Part shown: positions 14,224 to 22,689 of the stretch, piece by piece
Layout of the letters: each line of letters begins with the position of its first letter
How positions within the stretch are numbered: the stretch's first letter is position 1
IMG/VR virus record: IMGVR_UViG_3300030106_005234
Length of the DNA stretch: 64,000 bases
Reading direction: 5' to 3' (one strand)
From: an uncultured virus (IMG/VR IMGVR_UViG_3300030106_005234)
Taxonomy: Duplodnaviria; Heunggongvirae; Uroviricota; Caudoviricetes
Translations under genes and position numbers: made by a program
Notes under the pieces: model-generated
The model's input: the letters and a program-made list of their open reading frames with translations, nothing else
Database searches by the model: none
Told to the model about the DNA's origin: nothing

Positions 14224-16410
14224 TCAGTCGTTATATCCTCCGCTAAATTTTGAGTAGCCTGCGCCACCCTCTTCAACTGCAGGGTCGTAATCAATGTCGT
14301 AAACCTTCTTCCCATTTGATCTCCTCGGCTCTACGCCACGTTCATGTAAAATTCGTGCCGCTTCTTTGAAGTCCGGCATCCTGGGATTTGAAATCCCCAA
14401 ATCTCTTAACAGCTTGGTCATCTGTACCGCGGTGGTTTTCTTGCTTCCGAAGCGCACATGTTCCAGCAACAGATCCTCGACACTCGATTGCGTGCGGTAG
14501 ATCTCGTTCGAGTCGTTCAACATCTCCCGCTCATCCGGGGACAAGAACCAATTCTTTTGTCCCGGCACATACATGGTTTCCTTCACCTCGGCCCAGAGCT
14601 GTTGCATATCGATACCGTGGTTGAAATTGATAGAACGCACCGGAATGACCCAGAATCTTCGATTGCCTGACGTATCCGTCAAGAATTCTCTGGCATTGAC
14701 GCTTGCGTAGAATGCTGTGCGTCTCTGGTATCGTGAGAAGCCGCGGTCATACGGTAGACGCAACTCATCGCTCCTAGCCGTCACGAACGCCTTCAGCTGG
14801 TCAATATCGGATTTCTTGAAGGTGGACTCTATCTCCCCAAGCTCCACTATCCAGTGGCTGACGGCGCGTTTCACACTGTCTTTGTCAGACGGGTTGAGTG
14901 TCGCGCCTTCAAGCAGCCAACCGCTCTCGTAATTGGCCAGCCGCTTGAACCAAAGGGTTTTTCCCAACCCCTGGGCGCCCTGAAAAACCAAAATTCCTTC
15001 GAGTTCAACGCCAGTCGGCTCACACGCCGCTGCGCAACAAGAGATCAGCCACTTCTTCATGAGCATCTCTTTCAGCGCCTCATTCTCTGGGGATCCGATC
15101 GTGTCGAGAAACTCTTGGATGCGACTGCGACCATCCCATGGCCGTGATTCCATCCACTCTTTGACGGGGTTGTATTCCCTAGCCAGGACCTTCAGATAGT
15201 CCGCCACCTTGCTGTGCGGTATGCCCATGTTGATACATCGGTTCTCGATCTCGATGAGGCTCGCGTCTTCCTTCAGGTCATCGATAAAGGTCATGTTGGG
15301 TATGTCGATTTCCATGACCTTTTTAATCACGTTGTACACCACACGGATGCCTTGCACGGTCAGTACGCCTTGGATGTTCTCTTTCGTGTTGAGATATCGT
15401 CCGGTTGCACTCTTACCAAATTTGTACTCAGCCGGGATGCTCACGCTTTTCAGCGTAGGCATCAGCTCGCCTTCCAGCGCCTTCGCTTGATTCTTATGAT
15501 CGTTATAGTCGCCAGGGGTCTCAGGCATCCATACATCGGCGCGTCCATTTTTGCCGCGTATGAGCTGACACGCCTTGACCGCCTCTTTTTCGCCCGTGTT
15601 CGAGCCTGGGTCGTTGTCAGCAATGAACACATGCCGGCGATCGCTGAAATGCTCGAACATCACCTCTGCCACGGCCGATAGGTTGTATGCGGTGAAACAC
15701 ACCACCACCGGCTCGCTGAAGTCCTGGTAATAGGATGCCGCGGTCGCATACCCTTCTGCGTAATTGACCACGTCACTCGACTTCAAGATCTCACTGCCGA
15801 GAATGAAGAAACTGCCTGTGGTTTTGGAGCCGACTTGGAATTTTTTGCTGCCATCTTCCTGAATGGTTTGGATCCCGACGATCGCCATCTGAGCGTCATG
15901 CATGGGGATCAGGAGAGCGCCACGGTCGTTTTGTCGTAGCCCATAAGACAGAACTTGCTTCTTTTCCAGGTAGGGGTGACGTTCGACGGGCTGGGCCTTA
16001 CGCCATGCACCCTGCGCTCGTTTCGCGCCCTTGTTGTATCCCTCTTCTTTTTTAATTTCCGCCTGCCTTTGCAGCTCCTTTGTTTCTTGGCGCTGGGCCT
16101 CTGTCATTTCACGCCCCTGCCCATTGACTGACCGAAACGTGGCCACAGGCTCAGTAGCAGATATCCGATAGTCGCCGATGCGGCCGAAAGGCCTACTCTG
16201 ATCGGCCCACAGCTGATACCAGCCCACCAACTTGCGAGCGTTGCCGACGTTGAGGTATGCTCGGCCGATACTGCCGTCATCGACAAGCCCTTTTTTTGGG
16301 TCGGGTTCCAGACCGTTCTCGCTCAAAAAATCAAGAAACTCTTGTCGCACGTCCCCAGAGAACGGTCGATCAAAGTCTTTCTGACTTGGTTTCTTGATTT
16401 CTAGTGACAT
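14224..16410 (-). CDS. DNA primase-helicase (TOPRIM + VirE/VapE-like ATPase)
   Basis: HPYLEKKQV, AEGYATAAS, IADND, GDYND (TOPRIM); QGAQGLGKT Walker A, WIVELGE, SGNRRFWVI. Confidence 0.9.
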   Translation of the reverse strand: MSLEIKKPSQKDFDRPFSGDVRQEFLDFLSENGLEPDPKKGLVDDGSIGRAYLNVGNARKLVGWYQLWADQSRPFGRIGDYRISATEPVATFRSVNGQGREMTEAQRQETKELQRQAEIKKEEGYNKGAKRAQGAWRKAQPVERHPYLEKKQVLSYGLRQNDRGALLIPMHDAQMAIVGIQTIQEDGSKKFQVGSKTTGSFFILGSEILKSSDVVNYAEGYATAASYYQDFSEPVVVCFTAYNLSAVAEVMFEHFSDRRHVFIADNDPGSNTGEKEAVKACQLIRGKNGRADVWMPETPGDYNDHKNQAKALEGELMPTLKSVSIPAEYKFGKSATGRYLNTKENIQGVLTVQGIRVVYNVIKKVMEIDIPNMTFIDDLKEDASLIEIENRCINMGIPHSKVADYLKVLAREYNPVKEWMESRPWDGRSRIQEFLDTIGSPENEALKEMLMKKWLISCCAAACEPTGVELEGILVFQGAQGLGKTLWFKRLANYESGWLLEGATLNPSDKDSVKRAVSHWIVELGEIESTFKKSDIDQLKAFVTARSDELRLPYDRGFSRYQRRTAFYASVNAREFLTDTSGNRRFWVIPVRSINFNHGIDMQQLWAEVKETMYVPGQKNWFLSPDEREMLNDSNEIYRTQSSVEDLLLEHVRFGSKKTTAVQMTKLLRDLGISNPRMPDFKEAARILHERGVEPRRSNGKKVYDIDYDPAVEEGGAGYSKFSGGYND

Positions 16411-16484
16411 CCCCTTGCCCCGTCAATGTTCTTTTTTGTACAATATCATACACTTTTATAAATGTGAAAACCGGAGGACAAGAG

Positions 16485-17247
16485 ATGGGATTAACAGTAT
16501 CAAGTGGTGGTGGCGATTATGAAAGTTTGCAGCCAGGCCGCTACAAGGCAACGTGCTATAAGATCATAGACGCCGGCACTCGGATGGAGTCCTATCAGGG
16601 TGGTGCTGAACGCAAGCGTACATTGGTGTATCTGTATTGGGAGGCCAGCCACATTCAAATGGGTGAAGACGGTGAGGAGTTCTGGGATGACATCGCAATG
16701 TCGGACGGCAGACCGTTCAGTATATCGAAAAAGTACACCGCCTCTCTCAATGACAACGCAACCTTACACCTCGATTTGAAATCTTGGCGTGGTAAACCAT
16801 TTTCGGCGGATGACTTGAAAGCTTTCGACATCGCGAATTTGCTCGGCAAGACTTGCGAGCTTGAAGTCANNNNNNNNNNNNNNNNNNNNNNNNNNNNNNN
16901 NNNNNNNNNNNNNNNNNNNNNNNNNNNNNNNNNNNNNNNNNNNNNNNNNNNNNNNNNNNNNNCCAGACGGTGGTGTCAAATCTGTGAAGACAGAGAACGA
17001 GCAGGTTGCGTTCGATCTTGACAAGTACGTGCTGGAGTTCACTGGCCAGTCTTGCGAAGAATCGAAGGCCATGTGTGATATCTATGAGGATATGCCGTCA
17101 TGGATGAAAGAGATGATCGAAGACTCGTTTGAGTTGAAAGCGGCCAAGGAACAAGGCAGCTCGCAACCAGCACCAGGTCCTAACAAGTCTGGGGGGTTGG
17201 CAGATTTTTCAAAAGACGACCCGGACGATGGAGACGTGCCTTTCTAA
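16485..17247 (+). CDS. Single-stranded DNA-binding/replication protein (interrupted by assembly gap)
   Basis: PGRYKATCYKIIDAGT, KKYTASL, LKSWRGKPF and an acidic tail ending DDGDVPF; frames differ across the N run. Confidence 0.7.
16870..16962. other. Assembly/scaffold gap (93 N)
   Basis: Run of N. Confidence 0.99.
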
Positions 17248-17293
17248 GCAACCAGGGCCGCGATTGCGGCCCTTTTCATCTATCACACAGGAA

Positions 17294-17455
17294 ATGATGG
17301 CTGTGAAAAAAATTACGATTGAATTTGACGATGAGGACGCTGAAGAGATCTTGGAGATCATTCGCCGGTTGCTGGAGCGTGCTGAAGAGCTAACGAGGAG
17401 AGATGAAGAGTTGCTGGCGGGTAACGAAGACCAATGGGATGAGGAGCTGGATTGA
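17294..17455 (+). CDS. Small acidic hypothetical protein
   Basis: ORF between SSB and exonuclease with AGGA RBS. Confidence 0.55.
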   Translation: MMAVKKITIEFDDEDAEEILEIIRRLLERAEELTRRDEELLAGNEDQWDEELD

Positions 17456-18228
17456 TGCAGTTCAAAGTCGGGATTTACGAGAATGTGCCATACCCGGAGT
17501 ATGCAGAGATTGAGGCGTACAGGTCTCACGATCTCACCTCTGTGATCAAGTGCCCATACACCTGGAAGCACCAAGGCGCAATGAAAGAAACCCCAGCGCT
17601 CATTGAGGGCCGGGTACAGCACACCGTGTTCTTGGAGCTGCACAAGTTTGATGAGGAGTTTGTGGTTGAGCCGAACGTCGATCGAAGGACCAAAGCCGGC
17701 AAAGAGGAATACGAGAACTTCAAGGCGAGCCTGGGCGATCGCACACCCATAAAGCGCGACATGTACGAGGTGTGCATGCAGCGGCGAGCGGTGGTTGAAC
17801 AATACGTTCCACATGAAACACACAAGGTCGAGCTGACGCTGTGCTTCCATTGGCACGGTCACCCGTTCAAGGCGCGGTTCGACTGGTACGATGGGGAGAA
17901 CGTTTGGGACCTAAAGACGGCGCGTGACGCATCACCCAGGGGTTTCAAGAGCGCGATCAACAGTTTCAATTACCACATGCAAGCAGCCCTGTACTTGGAT
18001 GCTGCGCGAGCCTCTAAGCTGCCGGCAAAACAATTCATGTTCCTGGCTCAAGAGAAGCTGCACCCTTACCCTTATGCCGTGTACACATTGTCGGATGAGG
18101 CGATCGAATACGGCAAGGCTAGGAACGAACAGGCACTGAAGACCATACTGAGGTGTGAGGCAGAGCAACAGTTCCGGCCGTATGGCGTCACAGGCACACA
18201 GGTGGTGGATCTTGGCGACCTCTGGTGA
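17452..18228 (+). CDS. RecE/exonuclease VIII-like PD-(D/E)XK nuclease
   Basis: GRVQHTVFLE, DRRTKAGK, KARFDW, DLKT, YHMQAALY, FLAQEK. Confidence 0.88.
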   Translation: MMQFKVGIYENVPYPEYAEIEAYRSHDLTSVIKCPYTWKHQGAMKETPALIEGRVQHTVFLELHKFDEEFVVEPNVDRRTKAGKEEYENFKASLGDRTPIKRDMYEVCMQRRAVVEQYVPHETHKVELTLCFHWHGHPFKARFDWYDGENVWDLKTARDASPRGFKSAINSFNYHMQAALYLDAARASKLPAKQFMFLAQEKLHPYPYAVYTLSDEAIEYGKARNEQALKTILRCEAEQQFRPYGVTGTQVVDLGDLW

Positions 18229-18424
18229 CGATCAGGAAACCATCTGGGCGGAGCAAAAAAAGTTAGCAGCCGCCCGATGGGTTTGGCTGCGGCGACGTGA
18301 TAAGACGCCCGCCAAAAAAACCACCTGGGAACGATGGTGGGAACAAATGTTCGAGGACAACTACGAGGACTACACATCGCGGCAGATCAGCGCCCAAACC
18401 AAGACCGGGCGCTCTGCAGATTAG
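18155..18424 (+). CDS. Hypothetical protein (start uncertain)
   Basis: Trp-rich ORF (TWERWWEQMF) downstream of the exonuclease. Confidence 0.45.
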   Translation: MRQSNSSGRMASQAHRWWILATSGDDQETIWAEQKKLAAARWVWLRRRDKTPAKKTTWERWWEQMFEDNYEDYTSRQISAQTKTGRSAD

Positions 18425-19106
18425 TTTTCTTGATGTGCGAGCATGGTTTGCCGTCTTCCTCGAAAACTTCCACGATGAACGGGTACAGCCTCGCCCTGGC
18501 GTTGTAGCCAAATAAGCGGATTTTTAAATTCCCGAACGTTTGCACTACGGTCGATGATAAGTTGTGTTTTTCGCACCCCAGAGGAAGGGCACGTTTTTGC
18601 CTGTCGAAATTAGCCGATCGCCTGTCCCGTGATATCGTTTCGTGCTGTTCTTTCCCAGACACATCGCCTTCAGGAATCTGTACGGGAGAGGTCACCACGT
18701 AAATCTTCTCTATAAAAGAACGACCTTTCGCCGCGGTCTCAACACGCTCACAATGCCACTGATCGATCAATCGACCCTTGTCGATAACTACCATGTGCGT
18801 TCTAAGGGCCACTAGGTATGTCACACTTGGGTCAGCGTACTTGATCCAAAACTTGCGCACAGTCAGGCGCCCTAATCCTATCAACTCCATTTCTTTCAAC
18901 CTCACGTCGAACTGACTGTGCAAAAGCCGCGTAAGCTTGCTGGTAACAGTGCTACCTCTCCAGCGCCCGTCCTTGTTGTTGGCCAGCTTATAGGCGTCGA
19001 ACACCTCTTGCGGTTCTACACCAGCAATCAGCGCTCCACAAAAAATGCCGCAACAAGGCAGGTTGCAGCAAAATTCGCCGTTGATTTTTTTCGGGTCCAT
19101 GATCAC
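18387..19106 (-). CDS. Hypothetical protein
   Basis: 239-aa ORF with AGGAGG RBS and its own GACACG-type promoter. Confidence 0.7.
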   Translation of the reverse strand: MIMDPKKINGEFCCNLPCCGIFCGALIAGVEPQEVFDAYKLANNKDGRWRGSTVTSKLTRLLHSQFDVRLKEMELIGLGRLTVRKFWIKYADPSVTYLVALRTHMVVIDKGRLIDQWHCERVETAAKGRSFIEKIYVVTSPVQIPEGDVSGKEQHETISRDRRSANFDRQKRALPLGCEKHNLSSTVVQTFGNLKIRLFGYNARARLYPFIVEVFEEDGKPCSHIKKTNLQSARSWFGR

Positions 19107-19126
19107 CTCCTACAAAGTTCGGCAGT

Positions 19127-19209
19127 ATTTTGCACATGTGCGTGTCAAAGTACAACAATAAATATATTTTTGTAAAAAGCTTTACATGGACACGGTAATT
19201 TGAGATACT
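19127..19209. promoter_or_regulatory. Divergent sigma70-like promoters with GACACG spacer motif
   Basis: Minus: TTGTAC-17-CAAAAT (19155-19127). Plus: TTTACA-17-GATACT with extended TG (19181-19209). Confidence 0.7.
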
Positions 19210-19248
19210 CTTTTTGTCGGGGGGATGCCCCTGCCTTAACCGGAGAAG

Positions 19249-19743
19249 ATGATGACGACTTTACTTGAACAAATTACAGCAGTGTTCGCCGAAGTAGATG
19301 CAAAGAGCATCGCTGCTATCCCAGAGGAAGTGAAAGAGAGCCGAAAGTGGTACAGAACTCAATATGCAAAATTGCGCGAAGAGTTTCCGGTAAGCATAGA
19401 TAATCATGGCAAGTTCTGGGGCGCACTGTACCGTATTGCAACTAAGCAAGAGATAGAGGACAACGATTGGAGTTTGGACAACCACGTTGAGAGAGTGATC
19501 AAGCGCACCAAGCGCACGCAAGAAAGCCGGAACAAAAGAATCGCACAAAAATTTGAGAAGGCTGGAATCGCAAACATCGAATCAAATGATCTGGTGGTTG
19601 TTTACGGCGAAGACTTTCGTGGCGAATGGATCATCGACGGCCACCTGGTCAAGCTCGATGTGATCTGGGCTGGTGGCCACAACATTCAATGCTTGCACTG
19701 TCGGGTGCTTTGCAAAATCAAAAAACTGAAAGAGGCCGCGTAA
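19249..19743 (+). CDS. Hypothetical early-type protein
   Basis: AACCGGAGA RBS; C-terminal IWAGGHNIQCLHCRVL. Confidence 0.75.
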   Translation: MMTTLLEQITAVFAEVDAKSIAAIPEEVKESRKWYRTQYAKLREEFPVSIDNHGKFWGALYRIATKQEIEDNDWSLDNHVERVIKRTKRTQESRNKRIAQKFEKAGIANIESNDLVVVYGEDFRGEWIIDGHLVKLDVIWAGGHNIQCLHCRVLCKIKKLKEAA

Positions 19744-19762
19744 GCGGCCTTGGAGAACGAAG

Positions 19763-20278
19763 ATGAGAAAGATTGAACTTAAAAACATCAAGCACTACGA
19801 AAACATGAGCGAAGAAACTTTTTGCTTCAACGCGAATCTTTACGTGGACGGAACGAAGGTGGGCGAAGTCTCTAACAGGGGGACCGGCGGCTGCCACGAA
19901 TACGGCTTTCATCACGAGACAGTTAATGAGCTGAACCTCTGGTGCAAACAGAACCTTCCTAAGTGTTCTATAGAGGATAAGGAGTACGAAACCGACCTAG
20001 AACAACACATCTCTAACCTAGTGGCTGATTTTCTAGATACAAAACACCTTAAGAGTCTCTTCAACAAAAGTGTTGTTGTCATGGACGACACCTGTAAGAA
20101 GGGCGAGTTCTGGGAATACAAATTCTCCAAGTACAAACAATTGCAGAGAGATGAGCTAATTAGCGCTGTTGTGGCAAGGGCTGCTGAACCTGACGCAAAC
20201 GGCGTGAGGCTGGTCAATCCTATCATTCTCAACACCTTGTCGTTGGACGAAGCTAGGCATATTTTTTACAAGTCATGA
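19763..20278 (+). CDS. Hypothetical early-type protein
   Basis: GGAG RBS; SEETFCFNANLYVDG...NRGTGG. Confidence 0.75.
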   Translation: MRKIELKNIKHYENMSEETFCFNANLYVDGTKVGEVSNRGTGGCHEYGFHHETVNELNLWCKQNLPKCSIEDKEYETDLEQHISNLVADFLDTKHLKSLFNKSVVVMDDTCKKGEFWEYKFSKYKQLQRDELISAVVARAAEPDANGVRLVNPIILNTLSLDEARHIFYKS

Positions 20279-20343
20279 AAGAGGAAACGGTCAAACTAGA
20301 CGGCTTTTTCTTGCACTTTTTTACACTTATATGTGCAAATGTG

Positions 20344-20372
20344 TAGACATGGACACGGTAATTTGAGATACT
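20344..20372 (+). promoter_or_regulatory. Sigma70-like promoter, copy of the one at 19181
   Basis: TAGACA-17-GATACT; 31 bp identical to 19184-19214. Confidence 0.7.
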
Positions 20373-20415
20373 CTTTTCGTCGGGGCAATAACGCCAAGGC
20401 AAACCGGAGAAGACG

Positions 20416-20814
20416 ATGAGCGAAGCACAACAACAGTGGACCGCAAAAGATGTTGAATGGTCAATTTATTACGACACCACCAGCGACGACATTGATGATT
20501 GGGTGGAAAACAATGAAGTTGGTGCCGATGACGACGGTTGGGTCGAAAACATTCCAGACGGCATTTACGAAGTTAACCAGCGCAATTGGAACACCAACCG
20601 CCGGATCTCCCTGCAAACGAAGGTCTTGGTATGGAACGGCAAGATTGATATCCAGTCTTCAAAAGAAGCGGTTGCAGAGTTCCTCAACAAAACTGGTGAC
20701 TGGCATTATTTTATCGAGGGCGTCATGTTTGGCAAAAAAGTTACGAAGGTGTTCGACAAGAACGGCAAGCACGTCGAAACGCAACGAACCCTTCAATTTG
20801 TTTTGGGGAGCTAA
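20416..20814 (+). CDS. Hypothetical early-type protein
   Basis: AACCGGAGA RBS; 132 aa. Confidence 0.7.
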   Translation: MSEAQQQWTAKDVEWSIYYDTTSDDIDDWVENNEVGADDDGWVENIPDGIYEVNQRNWNTNRRISLQTKVLVWNGKIDIQSSKEAVAEFLNKTGDWHYFIEGVMFGKKVTKVFDKNGKHVETQRTLQFVLGS

Positions 20815-20819
20815 AGATC

Positions 20820-21131
20820 ATGAAAGTTGAAATTTGGACAAAGCCGGATCTGAAAGACTGGTGGGGCATACGCCCTGCTGGGAACCACAGAAGGACCAGG
20901 CGAACAGGTTGGATACGGCGCCAACAAAACGCCCCGACACCGACTTATTTGATGAAAATATATGGTGCCCAGTTTGTAAGCGAGGGTGTAGTTCGTGGCG
21001 CAATAACCGATTGCAAAGCATTTTCATCTTTGAAGGATGCAAAAGAATTTATTCACGAATATTTTGAAACCCTCAGCAGTGAGGATGAGTGGATGTATTT
21101 GGGCCGCCGAAAAAAAGAGTCAACGGCCTAG
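20820..21131 (+). CDS. Hypothetical protein
   Basis: GGAG RBS; follows the previous ORF. Confidence 0.55.
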   Translation: MKVEIWTKPDLKDWWGIRPAGNHRRTRRTGWIRRQQNAPTPTYLMKIYGAQFVSEGVVRGAITDCKAFSSLKDAKEFIHEYFETLSSEDEWMYLGRRKKESTA

Positions 21132-21335
21132 CTGATCCTTCAGAGCGTCCAGGTGTTCAGAAATCACACAGCTTACGTCCGTGATTTCTGCCACCAGCTT
21201 TTCGGAATCGCGGATGAACCGCATGATTTCTTCCCTTTCCCAATGATCGACTGAGACGGTCATGTGCCTAATTTCCTCGTTTAATTTGAGGAGCTGGCCA
21301 GCTAGCGGTCTCAGTTGTCCTTGGAGAGGCGTCAT
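21120..21335 (-). CDS. Hypothetical protein
   Basis: 71-aa ORF with ATGA overlap. Confidence 0.5.
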   Translation of the reverse strand: MTPLQGQLRPLAGQLLKLNEEIRHMTVSVDHWEREEIMRFIRDSEKLVAEITDVSCVISEHLDALKDQLGR

Positions 21336-21457
21336 GAAACTGACCCAACCAGGACGGTTAACGCTAGCAGTATGATCGATAAAATGATCGCCTCGGACAG
21401 CTTGTATTCGCGGTCAGGCAACCAGCCAAACTCTTCGACTTCATCTTCTTTGTGCAT
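21332..21457 (-). CDS. Small membrane protein
   Basis: MHKEDEVEEF... with one C-terminal hydrophobic helix; GAGG RBS. Confidence 0.5.
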   Translation of the reverse strand: MHKEDEVEEFGWLPDREYKLSEAIILSIILLALTVLVGSVS

Positions 21458-21479
21458 GACTACATTACCTCGGCTCCAC

Positions 21480-22193
21480 TCACGGAGCATTTTGCAGCAG
21501 CTCAATCGCCCGGTTTTTGTTGCATAGCCAAAAAACCAACAGGTATCGATCGCCATGACCAACCGGGAGACCTCTGTGATTGTGCGTGAACGATGGGAAT
21601 ATCAACGCATGTCCGTTCGGTAATGGCTTGAGCTTGCCGAGATTGTGAAATTCGGTGCCGCCACCAGTGTAATCTCCCGTATTTAGCGGCACAACAACGC
21701 TGACATCGGCGCTTTCATCATGGTGCCAATTGCCTTGCTCGCGCTCTTTCAGATTGTAGTTGGCTATCTGGATGCTAGCGGGATCCGGGCAGCTGCGTTG
21801 CCAGATAGACATGATGATGGGATCCAGGACGTTACGAACGACAAACCACATGTTCTGATAGAGCTGAGGGCATCGCTCCCTCAAAACAATTTCAGGGATT
21901 TGCCGAAGATCATCTTCATCCTCATTGCCCTCAAAGCCGAACTCTTTTTTCATCAGCTCGATCTCTTCGCACATCATCTTGCACCAGCTGCGCCTGAAGA
22001 TCGGCATGGTGTACACGTCAGGAAACGGGTTGCTCAACATCTTGTGGATCGGCGTCTTCTTCATCTTGCCAACACCCTGTTGAGATGCATACCTAGTGAT
22101 GATAGGTAGAGAGTCCTGAACGGCTCGATAGGTGTTCTGGTTGATCATCCAATGCGACTGCATGGACAGCATGTAATTTTTCAGTCGATACAT
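21480..22193 (-). CDS. 2OG-Fe(II) oxygenase (prolyl/lysyl hydroxylase-like)
   Basis: WHHDES (HxD), YTGGGTEF, HNHRGLPV (distal His), RYLLVFW. Confidence 0.88.
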   Translation of the reverse strand: MYRLKNYMLSMQSHWMINQNTYRAVQDSLPIITRYASQQGVGKMKKTPIHKMLSNPFPDVYTMPIFRRSWCKMMCEEIELMKKEFGFEGNEDEDDLRQIPEIVLRERCPQLYQNMWFVVRNVLDPIIMSIWQRSCPDPASIQIANYNLKEREQGNWHHDESADVSVVVPLNTGDYTGGGTEFHNLGKLKPLPNGHALIFPSFTHNHRGLPVGHGDRYLLVFWLCNKNRAIELLQNAP

Positions 22194-22258
22194 AAGTTTG
22201 CATGTTAGCACAAAGATTTATACAATGGTCCACACCATTGACTCATTGAATTTTGACC

Positions 22259-22438
22259 ATGGCCGACATACCACCAGAAATAAATACGAAGACGCGGAAG
22301 TCTCTGGCTCTCGATGTTCGTACTTACAATATGCTCCAAGACATCTGCAACAGTGAACGCAGGACCAAGATCGACCAGTTGAAGGTGTTGATCGAGCGCG
22401 AACACGAAGCTCTTTTTGGGGAGCATGTTGAGGCATGA
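22259..22438 (+). CDS. Small ribbon-helix-helix-like DNA-binding protein
   Basis: RKSLALDVRTYNMLQDICNSERRTKIDQLKVLIE pattern. Confidence 0.55.
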   Translation: MADIPPEINTKTRKSLALDVRTYNMLQDICNSERRTKIDQLKVLIEREHEALFGEHVEA

Positions 22439-22689
22439 AGTTGTTTAGGCGTGCAAGGCCTGTGCCGCAAAGCTATCAGCCGGTGCTGGAAGCGCAGGAA
22501 GTCATTGACCTTTTTTCGCGGTTAACTCTGCACCACCAGGCTGCGCTTATACGATTGATTTCGCGCAACCTGGTTATCCAGGTGGGCGGCGAACAATACA
22601 TGGGCTATGAGTTCAGCTATGACGTTGATAACGCTGTGATCGTCGTTCACGAATCTGAGCCTCAAGGAGAGCTAGACCTAGAGAGTTAA
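22435..22689 (+). CDS. Hypothetical protein
   Basis: 84-aa ORF with ATGA overlap. Confidence 0.6.
   Translation: MKLFRRARPVPQSYQPVLEAQEVIDLFSRLTLHHQAALIRLISRNLVIQVGGEQYMGYEFSYDVDNAVIVVHESEPQGELDLES

Noticed and set aside
16404..17247. Frameshift or pseudogene in the SSB-like gene
   Set aside because: The frame change coincides with an N gap of estimated length.
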